Under the pieces are notes generated by a model. It did not search any database, had not been told where the DNA came from, and saw only the letters and a program-made list of their open reading frames with translations. A stretch of DNA of 64,000 nucleotides from Planctomycetota bacterium (GTDB taxonomy: Bacteria; Planctomycetota; UBA8108; SXIK01), in contig CBDCXR010000004.1 in the NCBI GenBank assembly GCA_965223845.1, forward strand, positions 2,304,001-2,368,000, in the 5' to 3' direction. The number at the start of each line of letters is the position of its first letter. Positions within the stretch are counted from its first letter, which is position 1. A program made the translations under genes and the position numbers. Shown piece by piece: positions 57,711 through 64,000 of this stretch.

Positions 57711-58481
57711 ATGGCCGAAGTCCACACTGCCCCGCTCCCCCCGGACGCGCGCGAGATCCTCGCGGAGAATCTCTCCCGCATCCGCGAGGAGTTTGCCTCC
57801 GCCGCGGCGCGGGCCGGACGAGCGCCCGAGAGCGTCCAGCTTCTTCCGGTGACAAAGTACGTGACCGGAGACGTGGTCCGGCTCTTGCACTCGCTCGGCC
57901 TTCAGTCCTTCGCGGAAAACCGCGTCCAGCGAGGGGTCGCCCTCTGCGAAGAGGTCGAGGATCTCGAACCGGTGACCTGGCACTTCATCGGGCATCTGCA
58001 AAGGAACAAAGTACGCCGAGCTCTCGGGTGGTTCGACGTCCTCCACTCGATCGACTCGGCGCGACTCGCCCGCGAGGTCGCGGCGCGGCTCCGTGAACGA
58101 AACGAGCGGCGCGCGAATCCCCTCCGCCTCTACGTGGAAGTCAACACCTCGGGCGAGGAGGCCAAGACCGGACTTTCTGCGAGCGAGGCCCCCGCCGTTC
58201 TCGAGGTGCTCGCGAACGAACAAGCGGCAGACGAGTCGCCGCTCTTCGTCGTCGAAGGTCTCATGACGATGGCACGCTTCACCGACGATCCGGAGAACGC
58301 GCGACGCGATTTCGCGTGCCTCCGCGAGCTCCGCGACAAACTCTGCGAGCGCGGCGCTCTCCCCGCGGGAGCAGGGCTCTCGATGGGCATGAGCCGGGAT
58401 TTTTCCTCGGCGATCGCCGAGGGCGCGACCGTCGTTCGCATCGGTCGCAGACTTTTCGACGGCATCCTCCCGGAACGGTAA
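57711..58481 (+). CDS. yggS: PLP homeostasis protein, YggS family
   Basis: PVTKY, FAENRVQ, WHFIGHLQRNK, HSIDS, GLMTMA, LSMGMS.D, VRIG. Confidence 0.95.
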   Translation: MAEVHTAPLPPDAREILAENLSRIREEFASAAARAGRAPESVQLLPVTKYVTGDVVRLLHSLGLQSFAENRVQRGVALCEEVEDLEPVTWHFIGHLQRNKVRRALGWFDVLHSIDSARLAREVAARLRERNERRANPLRLYVEVNTSGEEAKTGLSASEAPAVLEVLANEQAADESPLFVVEGLMTMARFTDDPENARRDFACLRELRDKLCERGALPAGAGLSMGMSRDFSSAIAEGATVVRIGRRLFDGILPER

Positions 58482-58535
58482 CCCACATTCATAGGTCGGA
58501 CTTTCAAGCGCTGGACGTGGGCTAAGCGAGCGAAC

Positions 58536-59804
58536 GTGGCAAGGCTTCGAATCCTCAGCGGGCGGCAAGAGGGACGGACGCTCTACGTTCGCCCTCCGGG
58601 CCCGTTCGTGTTCGGCCGCTCCCTCGATTCGAACTTTCCGCTCATCGACCCGCTCGTCTCGCGCCGACACTTCCGTCTGGAGTTTACGACGGGCGCCTAC
58701 CGGGTCGTCGACCTCGGGAGCAAATCCGGAACGCGAGTGGATGGCGTCGCCGTCGACCGCGCGAACATCGAGATCGGGGCGCGCCTCACCGCGGGAGATT
58801 GTGAGCTCGAGCTCTGCGCTGAGCCGGATCCTTTGAACGGTCGCGAGCTCGGCGGCTACCGCATCCTCGAGCGCGTTGGTCGCGGCGGGATGGGAACGGT
58901 CTACCGGGCTCGCCAGACGAGCCTCCAGCGCGTCGTCGCGATCAAGGTCCTCGCTGAGCGGTTTTCCCGAGACTCGTCGTTCAGTGCGAAATTCGTCGAA
59001 GAGGCCAAGCGCGCCGCCGAGCTCTCGCATCCGAACATCGTTCGCGTCTACGACGTGAACCGGCTCGACGGCCTACTTTTCTACGCGATGGAATACACGT
59101 CGCGCGGCAGTCTCGAAGATCGACTCCGGCGCGACGGCAGTCTCTCCGCGAAGGATGCGGTTGATGTTATTCGCCAGGCGGCTGCCGGCCTCGCCTACGC
59201 GGAGAAGGCGGGAGTGGTCCACCGCGACATCAAACCGGCGAACCTGATGGTCGACGGCACCGGCACGGTGAAGATCGGCGACCTCGGCATCGCGACGCGC
59301 GCGGGCGCGGCGCCCTCCGTCCGGTCCGGCGCCCCTCCGCAAGACGCCGGTGCACCCGTCGAGCCCGGCGGGCTGAGCGGCTCACCGCCGTACATGTCTC
59401 CGGAGCAGATTCTCAACCGCCCCGTCGATCACCGGGGAGATCTTTACTCGCTCGGGATTTGTCTCTACGAACTCCTCAGCGGAGCGCCGCCCTTTCGCGG
59501 ATCGAGCGTCAAGGAAATCCTCTACGCCCACATCCGAGATCGCGTACCCGACCTCTCCTCCCTCCGCCCGGAGCTTCCCGCGGTGCTGACCGCGCTCGCG
59601 AGCAAGCTGCTCGAGAAGCGCCCGGAGGACCGTCCGGAGAGCGCGGCTCGTCTCATCGAATCGCTCGACGCCGTTGCCGAGTCGCTCGGGAACGACGCGA
59701 AACCTCGACCGCTCGGCGAGTTCGCTCCGCGGCTCGTCCACGCGGCGCTGTTCATCGTCGGTGTCGCTGCCGGCGCGTTAATCGCCTGGGCGTTGATCGA
59801 TTGA
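58536..59804 (+). CDS. FHA-domain Ser/Thr kinase with C-terminal membrane anchor
   Basis: FHA FGR..VSRRH..DLGS; kinase GRGGMGTVY, AIK, HRDIKPAN, DLG, GSPPYMSPEQ; terminal TM helix. Confidence 0.92.
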   Translation: MARLRILSGRQEGRTLYVRPPGPFVFGRSLDSNFPLIDPLVSRRHFRLEFTTGAYRVVDLGSKSGTRVDGVAVDRANIEIGARLTAGDCELELCAEPDPLNGRELGGYRILERVGRGGMGTVYRARQTSLQRVVAIKVLAERFSRDSSFSAKFVEEAKRAAELSHPNIVRVYDVNRLDGLLFYAMEYTSRGSLEDRLRRDGSLSAKDAVDVIRQAAAGLAYAEKAGVVHRDIKPANLMVDGTGTVKIGDLGIATRAGAAPSVRSGAPPQDAGAPVEPGGLSGSPPYMSPEQILNRPVDHRGDLYSLGICLYELLSGAPPFRGSSVKEILYAHIRDRVPDLSSLRPELPAVLTALASKLLEKRPEDRPESAARLIESLDAVAESLGNDAKPRPLGEFAPRLVHAALFIVGVAAGALIAWALID

Positions 59805-59814
59805 GCCGCCTCGA

Positions 59815-60120
59815 GTGAAGACCCCGCCCGAGTACATCGTCGTTCGCCCGGACACCGTTCTCCTCCTCGTGCACGTCACCCCAGGCGCCGCACGCACGCG
59901 CATCGTGGGGATCCACGACGGGGCGATCAAAATCGCGGTCACTGCACCGCCGGAGAAAGGTAAGGCCAACCGCGAGGTCTGCCGGACGGTCGCGACGGCA
60001 CTCGGCGTTCGCGCCGGCTGTGTACGCATCGCCGCCGGGGAGACGAGCCGATCGAAACGACTCGCGATCGATGGGATCGGGTGGGACGAGGTCGCCGAAC
60101 GACTGAGCTCGCACCTCTAG
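59815..60120 (+). CDS. yggU: DUF167/YggU family protein
   Basis: VHVTPGA, KIAVTAPPEKGKAN, GETSRSK. Confidence 0.9.
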   Translation: MKTPPEYIVVRPDTVLLLVHVTPGAARTRIVGIHDGAIKIAVTAPPEKGKANREVCRTVATALGVRAGCVRIAAGETSRSKRLAIDGIGWDEVAERLSSHL

Positions 60121-60201
60121 CGGGCGTCCTCCGAAACCACCGGGGATCACCGAGTACCGAACTCCATCCAAATTCGCCGCGTCAGTCTTCCCCACGCGCG
60201 T

Positions 60202-60239
60202 TACACTGGACGCGGGCGAGTTCGACCATCGTCGAACTC
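60202..60239 (+). promoter_or_regulatory. -10-like TACACT followed by a perfect 9-bp inverted repeat in the leader
   Basis: TACACT at 60202-60207; GAGTTCGAC-CATC-GTCGAACTC at 60218-60239. Confidence 0.35.
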
Positions 60240-60265
60240 CGCGGGTCAGCCTCGATCGGGAGAAG

Positions 60266-63200
60266 ATGATGGTGCGTGGACGGTTTTCCTATCTCGTCGT
60301 GTTCGCGTCGTGTATCGCGTGGACGTCTCCGGCCCCAGCGGTCGTGATCTCGGAGATTCACTACCATCCTCCCGTCGGTGAGGAATCCCTCGAATTCGTC
60401 GAGGTGACGAACGAGTGGAACACTCCCATCGATCTCGGCGGCTACGCGTTCAATGACGGCATCCGCTTCGTGTTTCCGGACGGCACGATTCTCGAGAGCG
60501 GAGAGACGCTCGTGGTCGCAGCGGACGCCGACGCCATTCGCCGCCACTACGGCATCGAAAACGTCGTGGGCAACTTCGAGGGGCGCCTCGACGGCGGTGG
60601 TGAACGCATCACTCTCGTCAACTACGCCGCCGTCGAGGTGGATTCGGTCCGCTACGACGACGACGGCAAATGGCCCGTTGGAGCTGACGGCTCGGGGCAC
60701 AGCCTCGTCCTCCGACGCATCCGCTCGGATTCCTCCGAGCCGGAGAACTGGACGCAAAGTCCCGAGCTCGGCGGGAATCCCGGCCGACGCAACTTTCCCG
60801 AGGATCGACCGCCGGATTACGACGTGACCGTGTTCATCGACGTCGGCGAGGAATGGAAATACCGCGAAGGGCGCGAGGCGTTCTCGGATCCTCCGGAGGC
60901 GTGGACCACGCCCGAATTCGACGACGGGGCGTGGGAGAGCGGACCGTCCGGGTTCGGCTTCGGAGACGACGACGACAACACAGTGTTCGAAACAATGCGC
61001 GGCGAGTTCAGCTCGATCGCGATTCGAAAGCGCATCGAGCTCACCGAAGAGGAGGTGAATGCGCCCGGCGAGTTCCTCTTTTCGGTCCTCTACGACGATG
61101 GGTTCTGCGCGTTCGTGAATGGAGAGCAAGTCACCGGCGCGAATTGCCCCGAGGAGATCAAATGGGACTCCTCGGCCGACGGGTCTCACGAAGCGCGAGA
61201 AGCAGAGCTGTTTCCCATTCCCCGCGAAGCGCTCGTCGCGGGACTGAACACGATCGCGATCGTTGGATACAACCGCAGCATCGGCGGGAACGATTTCTCG
61301 CTCGCGCCGCAGTTCATTCACCGCGTGCTCGTTTCCGAGGATGCCCCCCCGCCGCTCGAGGGCGGGTTCAACGAGCTCTTCCGCGGCGACGACAACGAGG
61401 GCGGCTGGGTGGAGCTCTTCAACGGCGGAGACGAAGAGTACGATCTCGCCGGATTCCGCATCACGACCTCACCGGACCTCACCGGTGTCGTGCTCGGCGA
61501 CGACGCGCGGCTCTCGCCGGGCGAGTTCCTCGTCGTCGACGCCGAAGGGACCGAGCTCGATCTGAGCACCGAGATCGTTCAGTTCTTCCTCATCGCCGAG
61601 ACCGGCCACGTCGCTGCCGCAGCCGCGTTCGACGAGAGCCCTCCGGAAGCGGCCGGATTGGCGACGTATTCCGAAGCTCGCTATCCCGACGGCGGCCGGA
61701 TCGGATGGATCACCCCTTCGCCGACTCGCGGCGCCGCGAACGTCGTTCCGCGCGAAGAGCGCATCGTGATCAACGAGATCTTCTACCACCCACCGGAGGA
61801 CCGCGTCGGCGAGTTCATCGAGCTCTACAATATCTCAGACGAAGCGGTCGACCTCGGCGGCTTCCGCTTCACGCGCGGCATCGATCTCGAGTTTCCGCCG
61901 GGGACGTCGATCGGTCCCGGCGAGTACATCGTCGCCGCGGAGGACGCCCAAATCCTCGCCGATCATTACGACGTCCGTACGCCGTACGAGTACGAGGGGC
62001 GGCTCGCCGACCGCGGAGAGAACGTCCGTCTCGTCGACGCCCTCGGCAACCTCGTCGATGAAGTCCGCTATCACGACGGCGGTCGGTGGTCTCTCTGGGC
62101 GGACGGCCGTGGCTCGAGCCTCGAGCTCGCCGATCCGCGCAGCGACAACGACTTCGCCGGCGCATGGCGCGCGAGCGACGAGAGCGAAAAGGCGAGCTGG
62201 GAAGAGCTCTCCTACACGGTGGACGAATACGTTCCGGCGGGCGAATCGGAACTCCACATACTCCTCGTCGAACGCGGGATCTGTCACATCGACGACGTTT
62301 CGATCACGCGGGCCGAAGGCGGCGACAACGTCATTCGGAATCCCGGCTTCGAAGAGGACACGGCCGGTTGGCGCATCGAGGGGACTCACGTCGACAGCGT
62401 GCGCATAACGGAGGACCGCCACTCCGGTGAAGCAAGCCTCCGACTCGTCGCAACCGGGAAGGGTGACAGCACCTGCAATCGCATCGAGACCGACACATCG
62501 CCGCGACTCACGCGCGGTGCGTACGACGTCTCGCTGTGGGCTCGCTGGCAAGCGGGGAGCAGCCTCCTCGTTCTTCACGGCGAGTTCGCCCCGGGTCCGT
62601 GGTTCGGGACGCGCGACGTCAATATGTCGAACAACAGTCTCGGCGCGCGGCTCCGGCTGACCGTACCCCGAAATCTCGGGACTCCGGGAGCGGAGAATAC
62701 GGCGCGCCGAATCCTCCGCGAGACGACTGGCGACGACAACCTCGGACCGACGATCGACTCGGTCGTCCACTCACCGCCATCGCCGGCCGAGCTCGAACGG
62801 GTTCGAGTCACGGCGCGGATCGCGGATCCCGACGGGATCGCGATGGCGCGCGTCGTCTTTCGCCTCGACTCGAGCCAAGCGGAAGATCAGTTCGCGGAGC
62901 TCTTCGACGACGGTGAGCACGGAGACGGCGCACCGGGCGACGGACTCTACGCGGCCACGCTGCCCGGATTCGATACCCGCGCGCGCGTCGTCTTTGCGAT
63001 CGAAGCCGAAGACACTAAGGGCGCAGTCACCTCCTTTCCGGGCGAGTCGCCCTCGTGGTGCACCTTTCGCGTCGACGGCCGGCGACCGACGGCGCTTCAA
63101 ATCATTCAAAGCGCCGACAGCGTCCGGGAGCTCGCGCGCCGTCCACTCCATTCGAACGATCTCGTCGATGCGACCGTCGTCTTTGACGACAGCGAGGTCT

Positions 63201-64000
63201 ACTACAATGTCGGACTCCGCTACCGGGGAAGTCCCTGGGGACGGCCGCAGCGGGCGAGCTACCGCGTCCGCTTCGCAAAGGATCGCCCACTCGGTGAACG
63301 GAAGGGAGCGATCAACGTCTCGAACCGCGACACCAACGACGGCGTCGCGTACGGCCTCATCGGCCGCGCCGGCGTTCCCGGATCCCCCGCGCCCGTTCCC
63401 GACTACGATTACATGCCGACTTTCATCAACGGCGCTTCGTTCCAGGTTCCGGGCGTCTTCGATCCGGTCGACCGAGACTTCATCGAGAAGTGGTACGGCG
63501 GAGATGCAGCCGACGGTGCGGTTGTCCTCAAGGGAAACGGACGCCTCCGCTTCAGCGACGCCTGTCAGCGAACGGGCTGGGACGAAGCGACGCTGCTTCA
63601 CATGGATACGTCGTCCGAAAACTATCGATTCTATTGGTTCCATTCGGTCAACCAGACCGCCGACCAGTGGGAACCGTTCATGGAGCTCACGCGAGTCCTC
63701 GATTCGCGCGAGACTCCGGAGGAAGAATTCGAGGAGAAGGTGGGGACCGTGCTCGACACGGAGTCGTTCTTTCGCGTTCTCGGGTCGCGCATCCTGATGA
63801 ACGATGGCGACGCACTGTTCGTTGGAAACGGCCACAACGGCTACATGACTTGGAATCCCGTCACCGGTCTCTGGGGACACCTCGCCTTCGACATGGGGGG
63901 CGGACTCCGAAACGGCAACGTGTCGCTCCTCGGGGTCCGTGATCGATCGGTGCGGCGACTTCTCAACAACCCAAGGCAGCAGCGTCTCTACTACCGGGTG
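60266..64000 (+). CDS. Secreted lamin-tail/jelly-roll/CBM-like/CotH-kinase protein, truncated by the window end (absent from ORF track)
   Basis: Frame spot-checked by hand at several points: MMVRGRFSYLVVFASCIAW..VVISEIHYHP, IVINEIFYHP, NPGFEED, ELFDDGEHGDGAPGDGLY, YYNVGLRYRGSPW, NDGD..GHNGY..AFDMG. All in one frame, open at 64000. Confidence 0.85.
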   Translation, partial: MMVRGRFSYLVVFASCIAWTSPAPAVVISEIHYHPPVGEESLEFVEVTNEWNTPIDLGGYAFNDGIRFVFPDGTILESGETLVVAADADAIRRHYGIENVVGNFEGRLDGGGERITLVNYAAVEVDSVRYDDDGKWPVGADGSGHSLVLRRIRSDSSEPENWTQSPELGGNPGRRNFPEDRPPDYDVTVFIDVGEEWKYREGREAFSDPPEAWTTPEFDDGAWESGPSGFGFGDDDDNTVFETMRGEFSSIAIRKRIELTEEEVNAPGEFLFSVLYDDGFCAFVNGEQVTGANCPEEIKWDSSADGSHEAREAELFPIPREALVAGLNTIAIVGYNRSIGGNDFSLAPQFIHRVLVSEDAPPPLEGGFNELFRGDDNEGGWVELFNGGDEEYDLAGFRITTSPDLTGVVLGDDARLSPGEFLVVDAEGTELDLSTEIVQFFLIAETGHVAAAAAFDESPPEAAGLATYSEARYPDGGRIGWITPSPTRGAANVVPREERIVINEIFYHPPEDRVGEFIELYNISDEAVDLGGFRFTRGIDLEFPPGTSIGPGEYIVAAEDAQILADHYDVRTPYEYEGRLADRGENVRLVDALGNLVDEVRYHDGGRWSLWADGRGSSLELADPRSDNDFAGAWRASDESEKASWEELSYTVDEYVPAGESELHILLVERGICHIDDVSITRAEGGDNVIRNPGFEEDTAGWRIEGTHVDSVRITEDRHSGEASLRLVATGKGDSTCNRIETDTSPRLTRGAYDVSLWARWQAGSSLLVLHGEFAPGPWFGTRDVNMSNNSLGARLRLTVPRNLGTPGAENTARRILRETTGDDNLGPTIDSVVHSPPSPAELERVRVTARIADPDGIAMARVVFRLDSSQAEDQFAELFDDGEHGDGAPGDGLYAATLPGFDTRARVVFAIEAEDTKGAVTSFPGESPSWCTFRVDGRRPTALQIIQSADSVRELARRPLHSNDLVDATVVFDDSEVYYNVGLRYRGSPWGRPQRASYRVRFAKDRPLGERKGAINVSNRDTNDGVAYGLIGRAGVPGSPAPVPDYDYMPTFINGASFQVPGVFDPVDRDFIEKWYGGDAADGAVVLKGNGRLRFSDACQRTGWDEATLLHMDTSSENYRFYWFHSVNQTADQWEPFMELTRVLDSRETPEEEFEEKVGTVLDTESFFRVLGSRILMNDGDALFVGNGHNGYMTWNPVTGLWGHLAFDMGGGLRNGNVSLLGVRDRSVRRLLNNPRQQRLYYRV

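Noticed and set aside
55289-57781. 830-aa antisense ORF over dnaE, and similar long shadow ORFs (2231..3919, 3937..5622, 45118..46527, 39337..40746)
   Set aside because: These mirror real genes; stop-poor antisense frames are expected with high-GC codon bias, and they show no motifs.
60853-63880. Track ORFs 60853..62061, 61835..62770, 62771..63880 and 62913..63797
   Set aside because: Off-frame or antisense shadows of the real gene starting at 60266.

Overview
High-GC chromosomal window with about 40 densely packed protein-coding genes. I found no rRNA, tRNA, CRISPR array, transposase or integrase. The gene content points to a Planctomycetota-type (PVC) bacterium (inference): paired ECF sigma factors and Ser/Thr kinases, planctomycete-style dockerin-like modules, lamin-tail/CotH proteins, a DUF1570-like peptidase and a stand-alone rpsD. 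Housekeeping genes include nnrD, rpsD, mqnB, mqnD, pgk, dnaE, yggS and yggU. The best system candidate is a surface signalling and enzyme-display cluster at about 18-42 kb, plus a paralogue from 60.3 kb to the window end. It comprises a cohesin+dockerin adaptor, a dockerin-tagged CotH kinase, a dockerin-tagged thermolysin-like peptidase, and two ECF/kinase pairs on opposite strands around the peptidase. One kinase ectodomain shares two domain types with the secreted CotH protein. Two recurring non-coding motifs were seen by eye. One is an 18/20-identical element upstream of both the two-component operon and the RND/dnaE region. The other is an IHF-like site in three divergent intergenic regions. 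A large CotH gene at 60266 to >64000 is missing from the ORF track because it runs off the window. Domain calls come from motif recognition only; no database searches were run.
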